A DNA stretch of 64,000 bases, from NCBI GenBank assembly GCA_902775595.1, contig CACYNF010000002.1:3390-67389 (forward strand). Reading direction: 5' to 3'. Positions 18,955-28,099 of this stretch are shown here, piece after piece. This stretch comes from an uncultured bacterium (lineage in GTDB: Bacteria; Verrucomicrobiota; Kiritimatiellia; RFP12; UBA1067). Positions within the stretch are counted from its first letter, which is position 1. Every line of letters starts with the position of its first letter. Made by a program: the position numbers and the translations under genes. A model generated the notes under the pieces. It saw only the letters and a program-made list of their open reading frames with translations. It had not been told where the DNA came from and searched no databases.

Positions 18955-21243
18955 TCATCTCCTCATCCGCCTTAGCTCCGAGAGCTTCACCTTCGGCTTC
19001 GCCGCCGTCCTCGGCCTGCCGTCCGCCATCGTCCCCGCGAGGACGCAGCCGGACATCGAAGCCGCGACCGCCGCTCCGACGACGCAGTCCCACCAGTGGT
19101 TGTCGTGCGCGTCCGGGCGCATCTTCCACTCGTCGACGCGACGCCCGCGGCCCTCGGTCTTGATGCGGTACTCGGCGGTCAGATGCTCCGCGAAGAGGAG
19201 GTGGTCGTCCGCACTCCGCCCCCAGAGCGTCAGCGCCCCACGGTCGCCGGTCGCGGTGAGAAGACGAGTCGCAACGAACGACTTCCAGAAGTTGGTGTCG
19301 TAGACGACGTGCCTCACCGCCCGTTTGCCGCGCACGTTCGGCATCCGCCAGTTCATCCCCACGCGGTCGCCGACCGCCTTCTTGTACTCGCCCATCGGCT
19401 TCGAGCTTGCGCCGATGTAGCGGCCGTGCGACGGCGTGAGGACGGACGCGAACTCCGACTCGCGGCAGAACTGGTACACGGTGTCGGTGGACTGCCCCCA
19501 GTTCGCGTCAACAAGGCAACGCTCGATCCTCATCGCCGCGCCGTCGTCGCGGAAGTATTCGCGTCCGAGGATCTCTCCCGTCAGCTTCTTGAGGCCTTCG
19601 GAAAGACACCCTTCGAGTCCGTGTCGTGGAAACTTCATCTGCAGCGTCACGTTCGCGTCGGCGAGCGTGAAGAAGCGCCGGTTCTGGTCGGGCCACTCGC
19701 CGTAGTCGATGACGCGTCCCGTGAAGTCGTCGTCCCACGCGACGACGCAGTAGAAGAGCATTGTCTTCTGGACGTCGATGAACGCCGTCAGGTGCGTCGC
19801 CGAGACGGGGACGCCGAGCCGCGAGTGTCCGTTTATGCGCGACGAGACTCCGTCGAGCGTCAGCTGCTCCTCGGTGCCCAGGTCCTCGGCGAGCGGCTCG
19901 TTCTGGTACTCGGCCCAGAACGCCGCCTCGTCGGTGAGCTTCAGGTTCATCGCGTGCTGCACGGCGGAGAGCTCGTCGTGGTTGAACCGGGCGGGCCACG
20001 CCACGACCGCGCCCTCGTCCATCTCCGCCCTGTGCCGGCGGTAGAACTCGGTCGCCTTAAGGAACGTCCCCTTCTCGCGCAGCTCGTCGGCGCGCAGGTC
20101 GGCGTACTTGTTCCAGAGCGTCTCGTTCTTGGGGAACCTGTACACCATGCGGCAGCGCTCCCCGTTCCACTCCGGGTGCTTCGAGCGGTCGAGCATCTGC
20201 TCGGCCATGTCGCCGGGGCGGATCACCGTGCAGGGCATCACGCCCGCGATCTTCCTGCCCGGCCCCGCGAGGCCGAGGACGTCGCCCGCGAGGACGCGGA
20301 CGCGCTTCCTCGTCTGCTCGGACGATCCCGCCGACTCGCTCGTCTGCGGGTCGTCGACGATGACGAACTCGGGGCGGATCGTGCGCCCGTCGGGGCGCTT
20401 GTACTTCATGCCGCGAATGCGCCCAGTTATGCCGGCGACGCGGACGATTGCGCCGCTGGACGCCGCGCCCGCGATTGTCGGAAGCACGATCTCGCTCGCC
20501 GTCCACACGATGCGCGTCCTCTCGCCCTTGTAGAGCTGGCCCGCGCAGCGGTTCGCGATCCCCTCGAGGCGGGCTATCGGATAGACCATCTCCGGGAAGT
20601 CCTCGGCGAGATGCTCGTTGACCTCAAGCTCGGTCTTGATGGAGTCGAGCATCTCGAGGGCCGCGCCCTCGCTCGCACCGATGATGACGATGAACTCGCG
20701 GTGTCCGTAGGCCATCGCCCAGATAGCGGCGGTCTCCGTGAGCGAGGACTTGCCCGAGCCGCGAGCCATCGCGAGAGCGAAGAGCCCGCCTTCGAGGACG
20801 GCCTTCTGCAGTTTCTCGATTGCGCGAAGGTGGTCGTCCGACCATTCGAGGTTGTACACTTCCGGGAAGTAGGTCTCGCAGAACTTCCTGAAGTCGAAGC
20901 GGCACGACTCCTTCCTCTCCGGGTCGACCACTGCGGGAAGCTCGCCGATGTCGCGCCCCGCGAGGGAGAGGTCGGCCTGCCGCTGCGCAGCCGCCTCGCG
21001 GTGCGCTTCGTATGCGTTCGGGTTCGCCTCCGCCGTCTGCGGGGGCGTGTTCCGTTTGTCTATGAGCCACGCGGCGTAGCGGTAGAAGCTGAGGCACCGC
21101 GAGTCCTCCGTCGAGGCGATGCGGTAGCCCGCCTCCGAGAAGTGGCGGTAGACCATCGCGGCGGTGATGACCGTACCAAGCTCCGTGGAGTTGAGGAACC
21201 GCACCATCTCCACGGGCTTCATCTTTTTAACGTTGACCGTCAT
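18955..21243 (-). CDS. terminase large subunit, GpA family (762 aa)
   Basis: Walker A LAMARGSGKSSLTE, GpA-like size and architecture. Confidence 0.85.
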   Translation of the reverse strand: MTVNVKKMKPVEMVRFLNSTELGTVITAAMVYRHFSEAGYRIASTEDSRCLSFYRYAAWLIDKRNTPPQTAEANPNAYEAHREAAAQRQADLSLAGRDIGELPAVVDPERKESCRFDFRKFCETYFPEVYNLEWSDDHLRAIEKLQKAVLEGGLFALAMARGSGKSSLTETAAIWAMAYGHREFIVIIGASEGAALEMLDSIKTELEVNEHLAEDFPEMVYPIARLEGIANRCAGQLYKGERTRIVWTASEIVLPTIAGAASSGAIVRVAGITGRIRGMKYKRPDGRTIRPEFVIVDDPQTSESAGSSEQTRKRVRVLAGDVLGLAGPGRKIAGVMPCTVIRPGDMAEQMLDRSKHPEWNGERCRMVYRFPKNETLWNKYADLRADELREKGTFLKATEFYRRHRAEMDEGAVVAWPARFNHDELSAVQHAMNLKLTDEAAFWAEYQNEPLAEDLGTEEQLTLDGVSSRINGHSRLGVPVSATHLTAFIDVQKTMLFYCVVAWDDDFTGRVIDYGEWPDQNRRFFTLADANVTLQMKFPRHGLEGCLSEGLKKLTGEILGREYFRDDGAAMRIERCLVDANWGQSTDTVYQFCRESEFASVLTPSHGRYIGASSKPMGEYKKAVGDRVGMNWRMPNVRGKRAVRHVVYDTNFWKSFVATRLLTATGDRGALTLWGRSADDHLLFAEHLTAEYRIKTEGRGRRVDEWKMRPDAHDNHWWDCVVGAAVAASMSGCVLAGTMADGRPRTAAKPKVKLSELRRMRR

Positions 21244-21427
21244 CGCCCATCTCCTTTGCGACCCACGCGATGTACTTCAGGATGTCGACCGTCCCGTCCG
21301 CGTTGACGGGAGCGCCGGCGGCGACGTCGGACTCGAGCCGCTCCAGCGTGAGCGTCCTCGACCCCGCCCTTCGCATGGCGGTCACGAAGTTCTCCTTCGA
21401 GATGTGTTCGCGGTTCTGTTCGGGCAT
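21227..21427 (-). CDS. small protein upstream of terminase (possible small terminase/DNA-binding), 66 aa
   Basis: Overlaps TerL start; position only. Confidence 0.3.
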   Translation of the reverse strand: MPEQNREHISKENFVTAMRRAGSRTLTLERLESDVAAGAPVNADGTVDILKYIAWVAKEMGDDGQR

Positions 21428-21562
21428 TTCTTGCCTCCTGGAAAAAATAGTTGAAATAGTCGCCGGTACCCCGTTGACTATTCCTGGAATAAGAGCGAAT
21501 ATGTGCGCCGTTCCGAGTTCATGGTGGACGAGGACTCAAGACAAGGAAAGGACACAGCACAT

Positions 21563-22081
21563 ATGAGCAGCAATGCAGGAATCCGCGCGGGCGACCGCGC
21601 GTTCGTGAAGGTGGGGCGCAACCTCGTCGAGGTTCGCGTGAACGGCAGGGCCGAGGGCGGATGGAACGTCACCTCCCGCACCGGCAAGGCCATGACGGCA
21701 AAGACGCTCCTGACCGCCGACGGCGAGACGCTCGCCGCGCACGAGGCGGAAACCGACGCCCCCGCGAAGGCCGCGCCCGCAAAGGCAAAGGCTGCAGGCG
21801 CGAAGGCCAAGGCCGCGCCCGCCGCCCCCTCGCCGAAGGCGGTGCCCCAGAAGGGACTCTCGCTCCTCAACGCGGCGGCCGCCGTGCTGGAGCGATCCGA
21901 CGCTCCGATGGCGGTCAAGGGGATGATCGAGGAGGCGAAGGCGCAGGGGCTCTGGACGCCGCGCGGCGGCAAGACGCCCGAGCAGACCCTCTACTCCGCG
22001 ATCATCCGCGAGATACGCGACAAGGGTTCCGAATCCCGCTTCCGCAAGGACGGGCGCGGGCTCTTCGCGTTCGCGAAGTAG
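21563..22081 (+). CDS. DNA-binding protein: N-terminal small domain + AKA-rich histone-H1-like tract + C-terminal HARE-HTH-like domain (172 aa)
   Basis: AKAAPAKAKAAGAKAKAAPAAP tract; C-terminal ...GKTPEQTLYSAIIREIRDKGSESRFRKDGRGLFAFAK; only plus-strand gene in phage; TTGACT-17-GAATAT promoter-like sequence upstream. Confidence 0.55.
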   Translation: MSSNAGIRAGDRAFVKVGRNLVEVRVNGRAEGGWNVTSRTGKAMTAKTLLTADGETLAAHEAETDAPAKAAPAKAKAAGAKAKAAPAAPSPKAVPQKGLSLLNAAAAVLERSDAPMAVKGMIEEAKAQGLWTPRGGKTPEQTLYSAIIREIRDKGSESRFRKDGRGLFAFAK

Positions 22082-22083
22082 CG

Positions 22084-23109
22084 TCAGGCCTCGTATCCGA
22101 ACAGCCCGTTCCTGCACATCTCTGCGTAGACGGGCCGATCGAGGCCGAGGCCCTCTATCACGCGGCTCGCCGGATTCGACTCCGTGTACGTCTCCACGAC
22201 GCGGTTCTCCCCGTCGAGGAGCGTCACGCGGATGTCGCGGCTTCCGATGCAGCACGATATCATGCACTGCATGGACGGAAGCCCGTACCTCTTCATCCCC
22301 TCCAGCGCCTTGCGGCGCGCATACACGTTGAGCGTGACGTCCGCCTTCGTCGGGTCCTTCCCCCACGGGCAGCCGCCGCCGATGCGACTGTTGCCGCCGT
22401 AGAAGTCCACGACGAGCTTCCTGCCCGTCGTTCCGCAGTCGGCGACGGAACCGTGCGCGACGTAGCGCCCGGTGCCGTTCACGACGACGGCGCATTCGCT
22501 TCCGACGATTGACTTAGCCGCCTCGACGACCGACTTCTCGTCGTCGCCGGGCGCAAGCGGAATCGCTACGACGCACTCGACGGGCTTTCCGTCTACGAGC
22601 GTCACCTGCGTCTTAACGTCCAGCCCGCCGCACACTCCCGCTATCGACTGCCCGAGCTTCCGGGCAAGCCAGTAGTCCTTGGGCATGTAGCCGTATTCCG
22701 GCTCGTCCACCGCGTAGCCGAACGCCAGCCCCTGGTCTCCCCAACTGTCGCGGTCGACTCCCTGGGAGATGTCGCCCGACTGACGGGAGATATGTGTTTC
22801 CACCTCGACCTCCTCGGAGCAGATCGCGTTCGAGTCGCCAAAACGCTCCTGGTACTCGTCGGTGTAGCCGATCTTGTCGATTGCCTCCCGCGCGAAGTCG
22901 GCGATGTCCTCCTCGCCGTATGGGGCGCTGGAGGTAATCTCGCCCGATATCGTGCAGTAGCGTTCCTTGAGCTGCACCTCCAGCGCGACCCTGGAGCGGC
23001 TGTCGGCCTCGATGTACTTGTCGAGGATGTACGAGGCGATGAAGTCGCACGCCCTGTCGGGATGCCCGACCGTGCAGTATTCCGATGTCTGGATTTTCAT
23101 TGGTTTCAT
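22084..23109 (-). CDS. metK: S-adenosylmethionine synthetase (MetK-like), 341 aa
   Basis: GHPD, GDQGLAFGYA, DCGTTGRKLVVDFYGG, GGGCPWGKDPTKAD align to MetK signature segments; internal start MKPMKIQ. Confidence 0.8.
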   Translation of the reverse strand: MKPMKIQTSEYCTVGHPDRACDFIASYILDKYIEADSRSRVALEVQLKERYCTISGEITSSAPYGEEDIADFAREAIDKIGYTDEYQERFGDSNAICSEEVEVETHISRQSGDISQGVDRDSWGDQGLAFGYAVDEPEYGYMPKDYWLARKLGQSIAGVCGGLDVKTQVTLVDGKPVECVVAIPLAPGDDEKSVVEAAKSIVGSECAVVVNGTGRYVAHGSVADCGTTGRKLVVDFYGGNSRIGGGCPWGKDPTKADVTLNVYARRKALEGMKRYGLPSMQCMISCCIGSRDIRVTLLDGENRVVETYTESNPASRVIEGLGLDRPVYAEMCRNGLFGYEA

Positions 23110-23399
23110 TGCTGGTTTTCTCCTTGTGTCGCGCCCCGGAAGGAGGCGGCTTTTGTCAGATTTTTCGATAGTAGTCCGCAGGATCGTGTGCGAGTGCACA
23201 CAGGATCCGACAGAGCCCGCAGTATAGTTGTCTCCGGAGCTCCGCCGCGTCCGGCGAATACGGCGCTATACGGCGGAATACCGCCGATTCTCGCCGCATA
23301 TCCCGCCTAATCCCGTGTGTTTCCATACTGGTCTACAGTCTCTGGACGACTATAGTTCACACGTAGACACGCGCTCTACACGCCACGGAAGCACACAAT

Positions 23400-24041
23400 T
23401 CAACTGTAGATTGTTTCGCAGATGGCCACGATATGGCGGCACAGCTCGGCGGGCAGTTTCGCCCGGACGGCCTTGCCTTTCAGTCCCTGCGTGCCAGTCC
23501 TCGACCCGCGAGGCGCGGCGTCGTGGCAGGGAGCGCCCCGCTTGCACGGCGGGCGGAACTGCGGATAGGGGTGGTTCGTGAAGATGTCCGTCGGCTTCTG
23601 CCGCCTCTCGCCGTACTGGCAGTACGTCACCGTGTGGCGGCTACCGCCGGTGTCCTTGAGGAGACCCAGTATGAACGGCATCTTCCGCAGCATCCCGACC
23701 GGGTTCTCGACGAACCACACCTTCGGCTTCAGCTGGCGGATGAGGTCGCATACATGGGCGTTGACCGCGTCGCACCTTGCGGCGTATTCCGTCTTCGGAT
23801 TCGTTCCGTCTCGGTGCCGCGAGATGCACATGACCGAGTACGTCGTGCAGTCGGGGCTTGCCCAGATGACGTCGGGATGTCCGAACCGAGCGACGATTTC
23901 GTCGGCGGTCAGCTTCCCTATGTCGGCGTTCCAGTCGGGCTTAAGCGCCTCGCTCCAGTCCACGGTAAGCGTCCTGTGCCCGCGCTTCCTGAACGCCGAC
24001 GACAGGACGCCCGTCCCGGAGAAGAGCTCAAGCACCCTCAT
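23400..24041 (-). CDS. short C5-cytosine methyltransferase-like protein (213 aa, no obvious target-recognition domain)
   Basis: LELFSGTG (motif I), ASPDCTTYS (PC motif), VWFVENPVGML (ENV motif). Confidence 0.55.
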   Translation of the reverse strand: MRVLELFSGTGVLSSAFRKRGHRTLTVDWSEALKPDWNADIGKLTADEIVARFGHPDVIWASPDCTTYSVMCISRHRDGTNPKTEYAARCDAVNAHVCDLIRQLKPKVWFVENPVGMLRKMPFILGLLKDTGGSRHTVTYCQYGERRQKPTDIFTNHPYPQFRPPCKRGAPCHDAAPRGSRTGTQGLKGKAVRAKLPAELCRHIVAICETIYS

Positions 24042-25287
24042 GTGTGCTTTCCTCCGCTTCGGGCGCCGTCGACGTGTCGGATGACGTCTCGCCGGACTTT
24101 GGCGTAAGCTTCTGCCAGTCGCAGCCCTCGCCGTGGACGAACTCCGCCCACCTGCGGCGGATCACGTCGCAGTACTTGGGGTCGAGTTCGACGCAGCGGC
24201 ACACGCGCCCCGTCCTCTCGCAGGCGATCAGGGTCGAGCCGCTGCCGCCGAACGTGTCGAGGACAACGTCGCCTCGCTTCGAGGAGTTGCCGATCAGGTA
24301 GCACAGCATGTCGACCGGCTTCATCGTCGGGTGGACGTCGTTCTTCTTCGGCTTGTCGTACTCCATGACCGTCGTCTGCGAGCGGTCGGAGTACCAGCTG
24401 TGCGCCTCCCCCTCCTTCCACCCGTAGAGGCACGGTTCATGTATCCAATGGTAGTCCTGACGTCCGAGGACGAGCGACTGCTTCTTCCAGATGAGGCACT
24501 GGCGGACGCGGAGCCCCACGTCGAAGCACGCGCCACGGAAGTTGTACCCTTCCGAGTCGGCGTGGAAGATGTAGAACGAGGCCCCCGGCTTCATGCGCTT
24601 CTCGGCGCAGCCGAACGCGGCGCGCAGAAACTCGCGGAACTTCGTGTCCTCCATCGAGTCGTTCTGGATCGACTGTCCGTCCGAGCCGTGGTAGTCCACG
24701 TTGTACGGAGGGTCCGTTAGCCAGAGGTCCGCCTCGCCGTCGCCGCACACTTTCGCGACGTCGTTTGGCTGGGTGGAGTCGCCGCAGACGAGGAGGTGGT
24801 TGCCGAGCCGGTACACCTCGCCCGGCGTCGAGACGGGGATCTCCGGCGTCTCGGGGACGGCGTCCGGCTCGGTCTCGCCGTGCGTACCCGCCTCGCCGCC
24901 GAGGAGGTCGTCCAGCTCGTCGTCGCCAAAAGCGAGCAGCGAAAGGTCGAACCCCGCCTCCTGCAAAGCGGACAGCTCGACCTTCAGCTTGTCCTCGTCC
25001 CACTCGGCGATCTCCGCGATCTTGTTGTCCGCGATCCTGAGCGCCTGCTCCTGCTCCGGCGTGAGGTCCGTCGCGATGATGCACGGCATCGTCTCCCAGC
25101 CGAGCTTCTTCACCGCGAGAAGCCGCGTGTGTCCCTCGATGATGACCTTGTCCTTGTTGAGGACGGCGGGGTTCCTGAAGCCGAGCTTCTCGATTATGTT
25201 CGCGAGCTGCTCGACCGCTCCCTCGTTGATCCTGGGGTTGTTCTCGTATGGAACGATCTCCGACACGGGGACGTTCACGATTTTCAT
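24028..25287 (-). CDS. ParB-like N-terminal domain fused to N6-adenine/N4-cytosine DNA methyltransferase (419 aa)
   Basis: N-terminal VPVSEIVPYENNPR ParB-type box; TDPPYN catalytic motif; C-terminal DTFGGSGST. Confidence 0.75.
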   Translation of the reverse strand: MKIVNVPVSEIVPYENNPRINEGAVEQLANIIEKLGFRNPAVLNKDKVIIEGHTRLLAVKKLGWETMPCIIATDLTPEQEQALRIADNKIAEIAEWDEDKLKVELSALQEAGFDLSLLAFGDDELDDLLGGEAGTHGETEPDAVPETPEIPVSTPGEVYRLGNHLLVCGDSTQPNDVAKVCGDGEADLWLTDPPYNVDYHGSDGQSIQNDSMEDTKFREFLRAAFGCAEKRMKPGASFYIFHADSEGYNFRGACFDVGLRVRQCLIWKKQSLVLGRQDYHWIHEPCLYGWKEGEAHSWYSDRSQTTVMEYDKPKKNDVHPTMKPVDMLCYLIGNSSKRGDVVLDTFGGSGSTLIACERTGRVCRCVELDPKYCDVIRRRWAEFVHGEGCDWQKLTPKSGETSSDTSTAPEAEESTHEGA

Positions 25288-25303
25288 CCTGCTCGTTTCC
25301 ATC

Positions 25304-27193
25304 TCAATTCTCCTCTGTGTGTTTCATGTCGTAGTTCTGGATTCGCTGGCATATCCAGCGGGCGCAGTTGACCGCCCATCCGTTTCCGAGCGCCTTGTAC
25401 CTCGGCGTGTCGGGGCAGTCCTCCGCGCTCTTCCCGCGATACGGGATCTTCGTGTATCCGTCCGGGAGTCCCTGGAGCCTTTCGCATTCGAGCGGCGTCA
25501 GCCGCCGGACGATGTAGTCAATGGCGACGGCGAGGAGGTTGTCGCCCATGTCGGAGCGGAGCGTCGACGCCAGCTCGGACATGAATCTGTGCAACGCCCC
25601 TTCGCGCCTCGCTATCCCCGGCTCGAAAGAGACCGCGCCGGGACCCTTGGCGACCACCGTCGGCGCGCACTCCTCCTCGACAGTGAAGCCGAACTGCGCG
25701 TTCCTCCCCTGGTTGAAGGACGCGCGGTCGAGCCCGATTGCCACGGCGTGCGGATCGGTCCCGTGCGCCGCGAGAATCGTAGGGGACGCGCCGCTCGTGT
25801 CGGTACCGGCCCCCGTCTTTCTCGCGCCCATGTCGAACACGCCGACGACCTCCTCGACGACCGCCGTTCCGCCCTGGTGCTTCACGGGTGCGGAATCGAC
25901 AGTCGTCAATGTAGGAGCGCACTCGACCTCGCGGCATCCGCTCTTCGGGTTCTTCGACTTCATCGCGTTCGACCCCATTGAGTCGATTGCGTATGCGACC
26001 GCGTGCTGGTCGCGCGCTGTCAGCGTATAGGACGCGCCTTTCTCCGAGACGCCGAACCCAGCGCCGCCCTTCCGGACGGGCTTGTCGGCGTTCGTCGGCT
26101 TGTTCTTGTCCATGTCGATTGCGACTACGGCGTCGGTCGGCACGACGACGAGCGGGTTGTTGTTCGCCGCCTGCGCGTTGTGGGTAGCGCCCATAGTCGG
26201 GGCGACATCGACCTGCACGGTCCTCGCGTCCGTCTGGTGGTTCTCGAAGCATACGGCGTTGTGGTAGCCGGGCGACGATCCGTTGACGAGCGCCCCGCTC
26301 ACCTCGGGGCTCGCAGTCTTGACGCCGCCCGGCTCGTAGGGGTCGAAGCCGGACGGCTGCATGACGAACACCCCCGACCTGTCGGCCTGCCCCGTGAGGC
26401 GCTTCGTCAGGTCGGTGGCGTTCAGCGTCGGCATCACGTCTCCGCCGTTTGCGTTCGTCGGAACCGCGCGATCTGCGCCAGCAGAGCCGCCTTGAGGCGG
26501 ACGGGTAAATCCTTGCCCCGTGATGCGGCGCGGCGCAGTATCCCCGCGCACGCCTTGAGGCTCAAACAGTATTTCCGCAGGTGCTCGCCAACCGTCTCCA
26601 GTATGTCCGACAGTCCGCATACCGACGAGCCAAACTCTCCTTCTGCGCTGCGGAACCGCTCTGGGCAGCCCGTCCACTCGCACGTACTGAGCGTCCAGAG
26701 TCCGGTAGGCAAGAGAATACCCGCATTCCCCAATCGAGCGGACGAAGTGCGCGAAGTCGCGCCCTCCGTTGCTGGTGAGAACTCCCGGCACGTTCTCCCA
26801 AAGTACCCATCGAGGTTGTAGCTCACGACAAAGTCGCGCAAAGTGGAAGGCAAGGGAGCTGCGGGTGCCGCTTCCCTCCGCCATGCCTTTCCTCTTCCCC
26901 GCGACCGACACGTCCTGGCACGGCGTGCCGCCGGCGAGGACGCCGAGACGCCCGGCAAGTTCAATGACATCTGTTCCATTCGTTATCCTCCATTTCTCGT
27001 CGCCGACCATCTCGGCTGTGATCTTCGTCATGTCCCCGAGGTTCGGAACCTCGGGGTATCTGTGCGCCAGAAGCGAACACGGGAACGGCTCGATCTCCGA
27101 AAAGAAGACGGGCCTCCATCCTCCGAGCGGCGTCACCGCCGCGCTCATGCACTCTATCCCGCTGCACACCGTCGCGTATGTAAGTTCCTTCAC
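25304..27193 (-). CDS. DNA (cytosine-5)-methyltransferase with large variable region (629 aa)
   Basis: ATVCSGIECMSAA, GGTPCQDVSVAG, WENVPGV, C-terminal ALGNGWAV; GTG start preceded by AAGGAG and overlapping upstream stop (GTGA). Confidence 0.8.
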   Translation of the reverse strand: MKELTYATVCSGIECMSAAVTPLGGWRPVFFSEIEPFPCSLLAHRYPEVPNLGDMTKITAEMVGDEKWRITNGTDVIELAGRLGVLAGGTPCQDVSVAGKRKGMAEGSGTRSSLAFHFARLCRELQPRWVLWENVPGVLTSNGGRDFAHFVRSIGECGYSLAYRTLDAQYVRVDGLPRAVPQRRRRVWLVGMRTVGHTGDGWRAPAEILFEPQGVRGDTAPRRITGQGFTRPPQGGSAGADRAVPTNANGGDVMPTLNATDLTKRLTGQADRSGVFVMQPSGFDPYEPGGVKTASPEVSGALVNGSSPGYHNAVCFENHQTDARTVQVDVAPTMGATHNAQAANNNPLVVVPTDAVVAIDMDKNKPTNADKPVRKGGAGFGVSEKGASYTLTARDQHAVAYAIDSMGSNAMKSKNPKSGCREVECAPTLTTVDSAPVKHQGGTAVVEEVVGVFDMGARKTGAGTDTSGASPTILAAHGTDPHAVAIGLDRASFNQGRNAQFGFTVEEECAPTVVAKGPGAVSFEPGIARREGALHRFMSELASTLRSDMGDNLLAVAIDYIVRRLTPLECERLQGLPDGYTKIPYRGKSAEDCPDTPRYKALGNGWAVNCARWICQRIQNYDMKHTEEN

Positions 27194-27807
27194 GATTTCT
27201 CCTTCCGTTTTTCCATGTACCGTTTCGCGGCGATCTTGCCTTCGAGGATTCCCATCCTCGGCCTCCGGCTGCGGCTTGGCCAGGGGATGTCCTTGTATGT
27301 CCCGCCCCGGCGTATCCAGTCGACCACTGCGTTCGACAGCCCCAGCATCCTGGCTATCCGGTAGGCGGCGAATCCGTCCCATAGAAGCTCCTTGACCTCT
27401 GCCGCGAGTTCGTCGCTTATCGTCCTCCTCGTCGGGTGCGGATGCCGTGCGTTCAGGACGATCTGCGCCCCCGTGATAAGTCCCGTCCTGTAGGCATGGC
27501 GGACGTTGTCGAGGTGCGACACCCATTCGAGGTTCGCGTAGTGGTTGTTGAGCTTGTTGCCGTCCTTGTGGTTCACCTCCACCTTGCCCACGCCAGTCGG
27601 CTTTTCGCAGAAGCACTCGGCTACGATGCGGTGGACCGCCTCTGGCCGTCCGTTTATGCCGACCCTGTAGTAGCCGCCGCAGCGGTGTCTGCCAAGATGC
27701 GGCTTCAGCAGCCTGTATCCTTCCCGGTTTTTGTAGTGCATGCAGAACACCATCCCGTCCTCCGTCACGAGGTAGCGACCGGCATAGATTTTCGCCCGTT
27801 TTCGCAT
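27190..27807 (-). CDS. HNH homing endonuclease (205 aa)
   Basis: NHKDGNKLNNHYANLEWVSHLDN HNH motif. Confidence 0.7.
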   Translation of the reverse strand: MRKRAKIYAGRYLVTEDGMVFCMHYKNREGYRLLKPHLGRHRCGGYYRVGINGRPEAVHRIVAECFCEKPTGVGKVEVNHKDGNKLNNHYANLEWVSHLDNVRHAYRTGLITGAQIVLNARHPHPTRRTISDELAAEVKELLWDGFAAYRIARMLGLSNAVVDWIRRGGTYKDIPWPSRSRRPRMGILEGKIAAKRYMEKRKEKS

Positions 27808-27995
27808 GGTTTTGCCTCCTGAAAAATTTTTGCGCGAAGAAAGAAAGTTAGGTTAGTAGGGGGGCTCCTTCCCGCGCCCTGCCTTTGAGAGGGCTTTAGG
27901 GAGGAACCGTGGCCCCGGCGGGACATATCGTCCCGGCCGCCCGAGGCGGGTCGACTTCCGCCGCCCAGGGGCTTGATTTTCCTCTCTTTTGGCCG

Positions 27996-28025
27996 TTGAC
28001 TTGTCGCGCTCCGCTATGGCATAAT
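27996..28025 (+). promoter_or_regulatory. sigma70-like promoter on plus strand firing into the iteron/origin region
   Basis: TTGACT (27996-28001), 18-nt spacer, CATAAT (28020-25). Confidence 0.35.
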
Positions 28026-28099
28026 GTGACGCGTCGGCCACGCCGGGGTATTTTGGGGTTCCTTTCCCCAAGGTTTTCGTCCCCCGTCGCGGCCGGCGC

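Noticed and set aside
18622-18975. Plus-strand ORFs 18622..18975 and 35233..35535 sharing peptide PHNNIYN.RSKIVRI
   Set aside because: They simply span the duplicated 60-bp intergenic element. No coding signal otherwise; reported as a repeat instead.
23110-23399. Imperfect palindrome GGATCGTGTGCGAGTGCACACAGGATCC and ATACGGCG direct repeats upstream of the metK-like gene
   Set aside because: The symmetry is imperfect and the copy number low. This may be an operator, but the evidence is too weak to call.
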